DNA of 19,380 nucleotides, taken from positions 1-19,380 of the forward strand of contig JBHLNZ010000056.1 of the NCBI GenBank assembly GCA_048941015.1, written 5' to 3'. The notes under the pieces are model-generated. The model was not told the DNA's origin, searched no databases, and saw only the letters and a list, made by a program, of their open reading frames with translations. The position numbers and the translations under genes were made by a program. Position 1 is the stretch's first letter; the number at the start of each line of letters is the position of its first letter. Origin of the DNA: Promethearchaeota archaeon. GTDB lineage: Archaea; Asgardarchaeota; Lokiarchaeia; Sigyniarchaeales; SOKP01. Shown in pieces: positions 8,346 through 16,809 of this stretch.

Positions 8346-8361
8346 AAAAACTTTATATAAA
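8346..8361 (+). promoter_or_regulatory. Candidate BRE/TATA promoter upstream of aor
   Basis: AAAAAC-TTTATATAAA resembles the AAAC-TTTTATATA motif at 1294-1306. It lies just after a T-tract at about 8313-8321. Confidence 0.4.
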
Positions 8362-8451
8362 ATCTTGAGAAAATAAACAATGATATAAAAATTTATTCAT
8401 AAATTTGTGAAAATTCAATTAAAATAATATTCAATTAAAAGAGTTATAAAA

Positions 8452-10320
8452 ATGTATGGATATATGGGAAAAATTTTGCGAGTAGATCTTACAAATGGGA
8501 GAATAACTGAAGAATTTCCTGATGAAAATACTTTAAAGATGTTTCTAGGAGGAGCAGGATTAGCAACTAAATATCTTTTTGATGAAATTAAACCTGGAAT
8601 AGATCCATTAGGTTCAGAAAACAAGTTAATATTCATGACAGGCCCCTTAACAGGAACCCCTTCTCCAAGTACCGGAAGATACAGCATAGTTGCCAAATCC
8701 CCTCTCACTGGTATTTGGGGTCAGGGGAATTCAGCGGGTTTTTGGGGAAGAGATTTTAAAAGATCAGGTTTTGATGGGGCTATTTTCGAAGGAATATCAC
8801 CAAAACCAGTATATCTAGTTACAAACGATGGAAAAGCTGAGCTTAGGGATGCAACACATCTCTGGGGTAAAAATACTTCAGAAACTACACGATTAATAAA
8901 AGAGGAACTTGGAGAGAAGTTCAATGTTTCTTGTATAGGTCTTGGTGGAGAACTCCTAGTTAAATATGCAGCCGTTATGAATGATTGTGATAAACCAAAT
9001 TACGGTCGAGCAGCTGGAAGAACAGGTATGGGCACTGTTATGGGTTCTAAAAAATTAAAAGCTATTGCCTCACATGGCACAAAGACGATCGAAGTTGGAG
9101 AACCAGAATCATATAAAGAAGAAGCTAAAAAGAGGTATGATTGGGTTAATGAAAGTTTATTAAAAATGACTATTGAAGAATATGGAACTGCAGCAATAGT
9201 TGATATAACAAATGTCAAGGGTGGATTCCCCACAAGAAATTGGCAAACTGGAGTTTGTAAGTTTATAGATAAAATTAATGGAAGTACTATCAATGAAACG
9301 ATTCTTACCGGTAGAAAACCTTGTTTTGCTTGTCCTGTCGCTTGTGGACGGCTTGTAGAAATTAAAGAAGGTCCCTATAAAAGTAAAGGAGAGGGACCAG
9401 AATATGAATCAATTGGAGCGTTGGGTGCTATGTGCAACATTGATGATATTAATGCAATATCTTTTGCGCATTTCCTATGTAATGAATATGGTTTAGACAC
9501 GATTTCTGCTGGAAATACAATCGGTTTTGCCATGGAATGTTATGAAAAGGGAATATTAACTAAGGAAGACACAGGAGGTTTAGAGATTAACTTCGGTGAT
9601 GCAGACGTAGTTATAGATCTCGTGCATAAAATAGGTAAAAGAGAAGGTATTGGAGATTTATTGGCTGAAGGGACAAGAATAATGGCGAATAAACTTGGTA
9701 AAGATTCTATTAAATTTGCTATGCAGGTTAAAGGATTAGAACTTCCAGCTTACGATGTTAGAGCCGCTAAGATTATGGGATTAGCATATGCTGTTGCAAA
9801 TCGAGGAGGTGATCATATGACAGCTTTCATTCAAGGTCCATCTTTAATTGATATGCCTTTTATACTCGTTGATGATTCCTTTGTAGGAGATCCACTCCAA
9901 GAAATTCCAGAGAAGACTTATATCTGCAAGGATTTTGAAGATGCATTTGGTATATTTGATGCAATCGGGGGATGTAAATTCATGGGAGCCGTTTTAACTC
10001 AGGATGATTGGGCAACATTGATATCGAAACTTATGGGTTATGAATTTACTATAGAAGATTTTAGAAAAACTGGAGAAAGAATCTACAATCTTGAAAGAGC
10101 CTTTAATGTGAGAGAAGGAATAACTAGAAAAGATGATACCCTTCCCGCTCGCTTATTAGAAGAACCGTTACCTGAAGGTCCAGCTGAAGGACAAGTAGTA
10201 AATCTAGATCCTCTATTAGATACTTATTATGAGTTTCGAGGATGGGATAAGAATGGCATACCAACCCCTGAAAGGTTAAGAGAACTCGGATTAGATTGGG
10301 TTATTAAAGAAATTCATTAA
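8452..10320 (+). CDS. aor: Tungsten-dependent aldehyde:ferredoxin oxidoreductase family protein
   Basis: MYGYMGKILRVDLT, KSPLTG, GRAAGRTGMGTVMGSKKLKAI, CFACPVACG, GPEYES, GLDTISAG, VKGLELPAYD, RGGDH, the fourth cluster Cys in GGCKF, and YYEFRGWD. Confidence 0.95.
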   Translation: MYGYMGKILRVDLTNGRITEEFPDENTLKMFLGGAGLATKYLFDEIKPGIDPLGSENKLIFMTGPLTGTPSPSTGRYSIVAKSPLTGIWGQGNSAGFWGRDFKRSGFDGAIFEGISPKPVYLVTNDGKAELRDATHLWGKNTSETTRLIKEELGEKFNVSCIGLGGELLVKYAAVMNDCDKPNYGRAAGRTGMGTVMGSKKLKAIASHGTKTIEVGEPESYKEEAKKRYDWVNESLLKMTIEEYGTAAIVDITNVKGGFPTRNWQTGVCKFIDKINGSTINETILTGRKPCFACPVACGRLVEIKEGPYKSKGEGPEYESIGALGAMCNIDDINAISFAHFLCNEYGLDTISAGNTIGFAMECYEKGILTKEDTGGLEINFGDADVVIDLVHKIGKREGIGDLLAEGTRIMANKLGKDSIKFAMQVKGLELPAYDVRAAKIMGLAYAVANRGGDHMTAFIQGPSLIDMPFILVDDSFVGDPLQEIPEKTYICKDFEDAFGIFDAIGGCKFMGAVLTQDDWATLISKLMGYEFTIEDFRKTGERIYNLERAFNVREGITRKDDTLPARLLEEPLPEGPAEGQVVNLDPLLDTYYEFRGWDKNGIPTPERLRELGLDWVIKEIH

Positions 10321-10360
10321 AGAAGATGCTTGAATCTCTGATAAAGAAGAGGTGAATGCT

Positions 10361-12067
10361 TTGGTTGAAGAAGAAAAATTAACTTATGCAGATAAACCTT
10401 GGTTGAAAAGTTATAAAATTGGTGCCTACAAACTACCTCAAACCATGGAACCATACCCCAAAATATCCGTTTACAAGTTCCTCGAAGAGACAGCTAAAAA
10501 TTATCCCAATAATGTTGCTATAGTTTATTTGGGTGAGGAATTAACATATGAAAGTTTAAAGCTTCAAGTAGACAAGTTTGCAGCAGCACTGGCAGATTTG
10601 GGTGTGAAAAAAGGTGATAGAGTAGCAACAATTCTTCCAAATTGTCCACAGTACGTTATTTGCGATTATGCAATAATGAGATTAGGCGCAGTACATGTTC
10701 CTCTCAGTATATTACACAGAGCTCCCGATTTACTCTATGAGTTAAGTGAATCTGGAGCTGAAACAATAATCTGTTCTTATAGACGTTTAGAGCGTGTCAA
10801 TGAAGTAAAAGATGAAACGAACATAAAAACGATAATTTATACACCAACAAAAGTGTTCCCTGATTATTCCTCACCTGAACTAAAAGAAGTACCTAGAGCC
10901 TATTTATTAGAAGATTTAATGGAAAAATACGAACCTAATCCTCCAAATGTTGAAATAAACCCATTAGAAGACTTAGCAACTTTACCTTTTACTGGAGGCA
11001 CAACTGGTGTTCCGAAAGGCACCATGCAAACTCATTATAACATAACAACAAATGTAGTTCAAACATTACATTGGATGATGAAACCATTAACATCAGCAGT
11101 TAAAGGGAAAGCTTCTTTAGTAATATGTGTTCCTATTTTCCATCAATATGGGCATTGGGCTTTACATTCTTGCATTTCTTGGGGGTTGCGTATTTTTTTA
11201 ATGGATCCAAGAGATATTGATAGAATCGTGGAAGTAATAAAAGAATATCGTCCTTTCATGACTATTGGTGTTCCTACCCATTACATATTATTACTTAAAA
11301 AAGATCTTCAGAGGATACCAAAATTTTTCTATTCTGCTGCAGCTGCTCTTCCTGAAGAGGTTGCGGAACAATTTGAGAAGAAAATTGGTATTCCTATGGG
11401 TGAAGGGTATGGTGCGACAGAAACAACCGGGGGTACTCATTTAAATCTCACAGCACTTTCAAAAATTACTGGATTTATGGCAAAAGTAAAAAGAGGTATT
11501 GGAATTCCAGTTCCTGATACAGAAGTTAAAATTGTTGATCCAGAAACCGGTGAAGAAGTCCCATTTGGTGAAACTGGTGAAATCTGGGTTCGAGGCCCGC
11601 AAATAATGAAGGGTTATTGGCCAACACCAGGTAAAGGTCTAGCCGAAGAGGGTTGGCTTGCTATGGGTGATATTGGAAAAATGGATGAAGATGGCTATTT
11701 TTATATAGTCGATCGTATCAAAGATATGATTAATGTATCAGGAATGAAAGTTTATTCCAGAATTGTTGATGATATTTTATATGAACATCCGGCAATAAGA
11801 GAAGCAGGAGTTATTGGAATCCCAGACCCAGAACGCCCTGGAAGTGAAAGGGTAAAAGCTTTCATATCAATAAAACCGGACTTCGAAGGTAAAATTACAT
11901 CCGAAGAAATAATTGAATATTGCAAAGAAAAACTTCCACCCTATGCTGTACCAAAATTTATTGAATTTAAGGAGGATATGCCATTAACCCCTGTTATGAA
12001 GATCTTTAAGAGAAAACTTAGAGAAGAAGAGATAAAAAAGATGAAAGAGAGAGGCGAAATAAAATAA
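10361..12067 (+). CDS. Long-chain-fatty-acid--CoA ligase-like acyl-CoA synthetase (FadD family)
   Basis: FTGGTTGVPKG P-loop, EGYGATE, GEIWVRGPQIMKGYW, MGDIG.MDEDGYFYIVDRIKDMI, and the catalytic Lys in TPVMKI. The track's GTG 10352 lies within the SD GAGGTGA (10349-10355), so TTG 10361 is preferred. Confidence 0.92.
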   Translation: MVEEEKLTYADKPWLKSYKIGAYKLPQTMEPYPKISVYKFLEETAKNYPNNVAIVYLGEELTYESLKLQVDKFAAALADLGVKKGDRVATILPNCPQYVICDYAIMRLGAVHVPLSILHRAPDLLYELSESGAETIICSYRRLERVNEVKDETNIKTIIYTPTKVFPDYSSPELKEVPRAYLLEDLMEKYEPNPPNVEINPLEDLATLPFTGGTTGVPKGTMQTHYNITTNVVQTLHWMMKPLTSAVKGKASLVICVPIFHQYGHWALHSCISWGLRIFLMDPRDIDRIVEVIKEYRPFMTIGVPTHYILLLKKDLQRIPKFFYSAAAALPEEVAEQFEKKIGIPMGEGYGATETTGGTHLNLTALSKITGFMAKVKRGIGIPVPDTEVKIVDPETGEEVPFGETGEIWVRGPQIMKGYWPTPGKGLAEEGWLAMGDIGKMDEDGYFYIVDRIKDMINVSGMKVYSRIVDDILYEHPAIREAGVIGIPDPERPGSERVKAFISIKPDFEGKITSEEIIEYCKEKLPPYAVPKFIEFKEDMPLTPVMKIFKRKLREEEIKKMKERGEIK

Positions 12068-12070
12068 AAA

Positions 12071-12125
12071 TGATTTTATGATTTTTTAATCATAAACATC
12101 AATTCAAACAAAATTTCTTTTTTTT
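12071..12125 (+). terminator. Hairpin plus T-tract after the acyl-CoA ligase gene
   Basis: TTTATGATT (12075-12083) pairs with AATCATAAA (12088-12096) and extends to 12071/12101 with one bulge. A T-rich run follows at 12114-12125. Confidence 0.5.
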
Positions 12126-12216
12126 ATTATAAAAATTCCTAAACATGATATTAATAATCATTCTCTTTAATATATATTAAATTGAGCATGATAACTAAAA
12201 GATTGAAATAATATAT

Positions 12217-12510
12217 ATGAGCGTGGATAAGATCAAAATTACAGTAAAACTATTTGCGCAATTTAGAGAATTCCTTAAAAAAAATAAGATTGAAATTGAA
12301 GTAGAAGAAGGAACAAATATTTTTCAACTTATAGAATCTCTATGCGATTTATATGACTTAAGAGAGAAAATATTTGATAAGAAAAATGAAATTAAACAAC
12401 AGATTAATATTTTGAAAAATGGAAGGCAGATTAAGTTTTTAGAAGGTACTAAAACCAAACTTGAACATGGAGATGAAATATCATTATTCCCACCTATAAT
12501 GGGAGGATAA
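12217..12510 (+). CDS. MoaD/ThiS/SAMP ubiquitin-like sulfur carrier
   Basis: VKLFAQFRE, ILKNGR, TKLEHGDEISLFPPIMGG with a terminal Gly-Gly. MoaD-like genes are commonly found beside aor genes. Confidence 0.92.
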   Translation: MSVDKIKITVKLFAQFREFLKKNKIEIEVEEGTNIFQLIESLCDLYDLREKIFDKKNEIKQQINILKNGRQIKFLEGTKTKLEHGDEISLFPPIMGG

Positions 12511-12813
12511 TTTTACTTATGTATGTCATTTAAACGATTAGAAAATATAAAATTTCAAAGTATTAAGACTATTGATTGCTGTTTATTTATGGAAAATCCC
12601 TCATTAATGAAGAGTGATTATTTATGAAGTAGTATCCAATATTATTAGGAAAGATTGAAGGCTTTTTATATGATGGAGCAACAATTTACCATTTAAACAT
12701 AAAAAATAAATTATTTATAGTAATCTTTCTTAGATTAAATTTAGCCTTTTTCAAAATCTAAAAAAAGCTATTTAATAAAAATATTTTAAATAATATTAAA
12801 AAGGGTGAATGTA

Positions 12814-13278
12814 ATGGTTAAATTTGCAACTCAAGGGTGGTGTGATTTATATGCTAAAGCCCTTAATGAAAATGAAGCTTATAGAGAAGCGGCTGGACCT
12901 AAAGGTTTCCCACCCAATGGATGGGAAGGAGATTTTATCTTTGTAGTTGATGCTGGTGGCAATTTACCAGAAACCATACATATGTGGATAGGATTATGGC
13001 ATGGAGATTGTAAAGGAGCTAAAATTTTAAAAGAAGATGAGTATGTACTCATAAAACCAGGAGAAAAAGTCCCGGAAGGTAAAGTTGGAGTTGAATTTAT
13101 TTATTCTGCAACCTATCCTAATTGGGAGAAGATCTTAAAGAAAGAATTGGATTCAATTAAAGCATTATTGGGAGGTCAAGCGAAACTCCAAGGAGACATG
13201 GCAAAAGTTATGAGAGCTACAAAAGCTGCAGCAGAGATGGTAAATACATCAACTCAGATCGCGACTGAATTTTGGTAA
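12814..13278 (+). CDS. SCP2 sterol/lipid-binding domain protein
   Basis: KFATQGW..Y...LN.N..Y, WEGDFIF, LWHGDC, ATYPNWEKIL..ELDSIKALLGGQAKLQGDMAKVMR. The track's GTG 12805 lies within the SD GGGTGA (12803-12808), so ATG 12814 is preferred. Confidence 0.85.
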   Translation: MVKFATQGWCDLYAKALNENEAYREAAGPKGFPPNGWEGDFIFVVDAGGNLPETIHMWIGLWHGDCKGAKILKEDEYVLIKPGEKVPEGKVGVEFIYSATYPNWEKILKKELDSIKALLGGQAKLQGDMAKVMRATKAAAEMVNTSTQIATEFW

Positions 13279-13356
13279 GATAAAAAATTTTCCTTACTTT
13301 TTTAAATATCTCTTATTTTTTTTTCTTAAAATTAAGACATTTAAGAATTAACTCAA

Positions 13357-13380
13357 AATTCACGAAGGAATTCATGAATT
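13357..13380. terminator. Inverted repeat between convergent SCP2-like genes
   Basis: AATTCACGAA-GGAA-TTCATGAATT, a 10-bp stem with one mismatch (G-U on the minus strand). A T-tract at 13316-13324 (+) and A-tracts near 13393 flank it. Confidence 0.5.
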
Positions 13381-13411
13381 AATTAAATTGTAAAAAAAGT
13401 TAAGAAAAGAT

Positions 13412-13819
13412 TTAATCTAAAACAAGAACCTTAGAAAGTTTTAATAAAATCCCAAGATGACGTTTCCCATCACTTCCCTTTTCAGTTCGTAATTTTCTAT
13501 AACCAAATTCATTCTTTCTAGTTAGCATGTGTAAGCTTGAAGCTTGACCACTATGCATAGCCATTGAATCTTCTGGAGTAACTTTTAATGCCAAATCATA
13601 CTCGTCTAATTTACCTCTTGAAAAAGTATAATTTCCATTTTCTGCTATCATATTGCACCAAAAGTATTCATCTTGTCCAACTTGATAACCAATATTTATT
13701 CTCGCCTTAAATTCATCCATGGCTTTTGTATTTTTAGGATTTTTTCTTTTATCTTCTACTATGCTGTTAAGTGTTGCTTTTAAATTTAAAAATAAATTTT
13801 CCTTTTGATATTCTTCCAT
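13412..13819 (-). CDS. Hypothetical protein, probable divergent SCP2-like fold
   Basis: 135 aa. The segment AENGNYTFSRGKLDEYDLALKVTPEDSMAMHSGQAS fits the SCP2 hairpin-D-strand-helix-G pattern. SD-like GAGTGA lies upstream on the minus strand. Confidence 0.6.
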   Translation of the reverse strand: MEEYQKENLFLNLKATLNSIVEDKRKNPKNTKAMDEFKARINIGYQVGQDEYFWCNMIAENGNYTFSRGKLDEYDLALKVTPEDSMAMHSGQASSLHMLTRKNEFGYRKLRTEKGSDGKRHLGILLKLSKVLVLD

Positions 13820-13961
13820 AATTGATCACTCAGTTTAAACATATTTAAGAGTCTTTTTAATAAGTTTTTATCAAATGATATTTAAACTTTAAAAATATTT
13901 AAATATTGTTTTAGTATGTTTATATTACAAAAAAATAAAAAAAATGGGGTGAAAGAAATCA

Positions 13962-15167
13962 ATGTGGTTTTTTTATTGCCCAAATATTATTTATGGTGAT
14001 GACGCTGTAAATTATTTGGAGCAAATTGCGGGAGATAGAAATTTTATTGTCACTAATAAAAATCTTGAAAAAGTTGGTTTCCTAAAAATATTAACTGATA
14101 AATTTGATGGATGGGGTAAACATTACGAAATTTTTAATGAAATTAGTTCAGATAAGGAATGCAATGAAGATGACATTTTAAAAGGTAAAACGCCATGTAT
14201 ATCATATGAACCCGATACCATAATCGCTTTAGGTGGTGGATCTGTTATTGATGCTGCCAAAACAATTTGGGGTTTTTATGAATTTCCAGAATTCAGTATA
14301 GACGATTTTAATCCATTTAGAGAGGAATTAAAAGATCTTGGCAAAAAGGCAACATTCATTGCGATTCCAACAACGTCAGGAACTGGTTCAGAAACAACAT
14401 GGGCAATGGTTATATCACGAATTCTCGATGGTATCGAAACGAAATGTGGAACAGCTCATAGGGGATTTATCCCCCATTATGCTGTACTTGATCCCATTTT
14501 TCCTGCGGAAATGCCTCCAAAACTAACTGCCGGTACTGCGTTTGATGCACTAGCGCATTCATTTGAAGGATTGGCATCTTCTTATAGAAACGAGTTTAGT
14601 AATGCAATGGGCTTAAAAGCTATTGAACTTGTTTTTAAATATTTGCCAATTGCTTACAAGGACCCTAAGAACTTGGAAGTGAGAGATTACCTTCATCAAG
14701 CAGCGACTATGGCAGGTTTATGCTTTGGTAATGGCCAAGCTCATTTAGGACATTCATTTGGTCATCCTTTAGGGGCCGCTTTCCATATTCCTCACGGGTA
14801 TGCTGTTGGCCTTATGCTTCCTTATATTTCACAGTATTGTTTACTCAATCCTGATGAGGCTGATGTATCGGCTGGAATATATGCAAAAATTGCGAAACAG
14901 TTGAACTGGGCAAAATGGGAGGATGATGATAAAAAAGCAGCTAATAATGTCGTCAATAAAATTAAGGAACTAATGAAAGAAATTAATTTCCCACTTTCTC
15001 TTAAAGAATACGGAATTCAGAGAGAGCTCTTTGATAAAAAATTAGAATCGTTAGTTACTCAAGTTATCCAAGATCCATGTACATCAATGAGTCCTAGAAA
15101 TCCTAGTCTTGCAGAATTAGAAAAGATCTTAAAATATGCTTATGAGGGGAAAAATATAGATTTTTAA
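13962..15167 (+). CDS. Iron-containing (group III) alcohol dehydrogenase, paralog 1
   Basis: ALGGGSVIDAAK, IPTTSGTGSE, FDALAHSFE, AHLGHSFGH, HIPHG. SD GGGGTGA at 13946-13952. Confidence 0.93.
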   Translation: MWFFYCPNIIYGDDAVNYLEQIAGDRNFIVTNKNLEKVGFLKILTDKFDGWGKHYEIFNEISSDKECNEDDILKGKTPCISYEPDTIIALGGGSVIDAAKTIWGFYEFPEFSIDDFNPFREELKDLGKKATFIAIPTTSGTGSETTWAMVISRILDGIETKCGTAHRGFIPHYAVLDPIFPAEMPPKLTAGTAFDALAHSFEGLASSYRNEFSNAMGLKAIELVFKYLPIAYKDPKNLEVRDYLHQAATMAGLCFGNGQAHLGHSFGHPLGAAFHIPHGYAVGLMLPYISQYCLLNPDEADVSAGIYAKIAKQLNWAKWEDDDKKAANNVVNKIKELMKEINFPLSLKEYGIQRELFDKKLESLVTQVIQDPCTSMSPRNPSLAELEKILKYAYEGKNIDF

Positions 15168-15534
15168 AATATTTTTTTCCTTCTCTTTTTTTTAACTTTC
15201 AAGATTGAAAATCTACTTAAAGAATATTCACTTAGTAAATTCGTCATTATTTATTCGAGATAATCATTAGCTAGCATAAGAATGAAGATATAATCTTTAT
15301 ATTGTATAGAATTTTTAAATAATTCATATTCAGAATTAAGACTAAAAAAATTAATTAATCAATTAAAATTAATCTAATTTTACAATTTTTCGGTTTTTAG
15401 GATTTTTCCGTTTATTTGCAATTATAGTATATACAAATTATTGATTAATTATTTATTCTACTTAATATTAATAAATCTAATTCAAATATAAACAAAGTCA
15501 AAAAGAAGTATAAAATTAGGGTGAAAAATAATAA

Positions 15535-16734
15535 ATGTGGTTCTTTTTTGGTCCTAATATTATTTATGGAGAAGATGCTTTAGATTTCTTCGAGAATATT
15601 TCTGGAGAGAAGTGTTTTATATGTACGGATAAAGTTTTAGAAGATCTAGGCTATTTAAAAATATTAACCGATAGACTAGATAAATATGGAAAAAAATATA
15701 CTGTTTTTAATGATATTCTCCCTGATCCAAGAGAAGAAGGAGTATTAAAAGCACTAGAACTTTGTAAGCAATATGAACCGGAATTAATTATTGCATTAGG
15801 TGGAGGATCTGTAATGGATACTGCTAAAACTATATGGTGTTTGTATGAATTTCCAGAACTAACTCTGGATGATATACATGCATTCAGAACAGATTTATAT
15901 GATATGGGTAAAAAAGCTAAAATGATTGCGATTCCTACTACCTCCGGGACAGGTGCAGAAACAACCTATGTAACTGTTATTTCAAGATACGAAGATGAAA
16001 TCTGGAAGAAATTTTTATATCTTCATAGAGGGTTAATTCCTACTTATGCTATCGTGGATCCAATTTTTCCAGCAGGAATGCCTCCAAGATTAACTGCTGA
16101 TACTGCATTCGATGCGTTATCTCACTCAGTTGAAGCGATTGGAACTATTTGGAGAAATGATATTAGCAGCGCTTTAGCAACAAAAGCAATAGAACTTATC
16201 TTTCAGTATCTCCCTATTGCTTATAAAGATGGAAGTAATAAAGAAGCAAGAGATAAACTTCATCTAGCTGCAACTGTCGCAGGATTAGCTTTTGGAAACG
16301 CAAACGTGCATATTGGTCACACTTTAGGTCATTCTTTTGGAAGCATGTATCACGTTCCCCATGGAAGGTCAGTTGGAATAGTTTTAAAATATGTAACACA
16401 GTTTATTATGAATAATCATCAAGACCGTGAAGAAGTTTTAGCACAATACTCAAAGTTATCTAAACAATTAGGTTGGGTTAATTGGGACGAAGATGAAGAA
16501 AAAGCTGCTTACGTAGTAATAGAAAAAATTGAAAATCTACAAAAAGTAGTTGAATTTCCGACTAGTCTTAAAGAAACTGGGGTTTCAAAAGAAGATTTTG
16601 AAAATAATTTAGAAGAATTAGTCAATTTATGTTATCAAGACGCCAGTTCGGTCTTAGCACCAAGATCACCAAGTTCAGAGGAATTTAAAAAGATATACAG
16701 ATATTGTTTTGAAGGAAAAGATATCGATTTTTAA
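15535..16734 (+). CDS. Iron-containing (group III) alcohol dehydrogenase, paralog 2
   Basis: ALGGGSVMDTAK, IPTTSGTGAE, FDALSHSVE, VHIGHTLGH, HVPHG. SD GGGTGA at 15519-15524. Colinear with paralog 1 from MWFF to EGK.IDF. Confidence 0.93.
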   Translation: MWFFFGPNIIYGEDALDFFENISGEKCFICTDKVLEDLGYLKILTDRLDKYGKKYTVFNDILPDPREEGVLKALELCKQYEPELIIALGGGSVMDTAKTIWCLYEFPELTLDDIHAFRTDLYDMGKKAKMIAIPTTSGTGAETTYVTVISRYEDEIWKKFLYLHRGLIPTYAIVDPIFPAGMPPRLTADTAFDALSHSVEAIGTIWRNDISSALATKAIELIFQYLPIAYKDGSNKEARDKLHLAATVAGLAFGNANVHIGHTLGHSFGSMYHVPHGRSVGIVLKYVTQFIMNNHQDREEVLAQYSKLSKQLGWVNWDEDEEKAAYVVIEKIENLQKVVEFPTSLKETGVSKEDFENNLEELVNLCYQDASSVLAPRSPSSEEFKKIYRYCFEGKDIDF

Positions 16735-16809
16735 ATTTTTATTTCTTAATTTATAGCTTTTTTTTTTATATTCAAAATTTTCCTAAACTGTTAAACATGA
16801 GCTTGTAGA

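Noticed and set aside
1748-9293. Short overlapping or antisense ORFs (1748, 2085, 3332, 3719, 4492, 4637, 4974, 6403, 6909, 8415, 8721, 9000)
   Set aside because: They lie within or opposite well-supported genes, have no motifs, and look like shadow ORFs.
12121-12150. Similarity of TTCCTAAACATGA (12136-12148) to TTCCTAAAC-TGT-TAAACATGA (16780-16800) downstream of tnpB, as a possible guide-target pair
   Set aside because: It needs an 8-nt gap, the contiguous matches are only 9 nt in AT-rich DNA, and the guide boundary is unknown.
15352-15451. 12-bp inverted repeat TAATTAATCAAT/ATTGATTAATTA between the ADH genes (MITE or ncRNA?)
   Set aside because: It is almost pure A/T in a very AT-rich spacer, with no target-site duplication or second copy seen.
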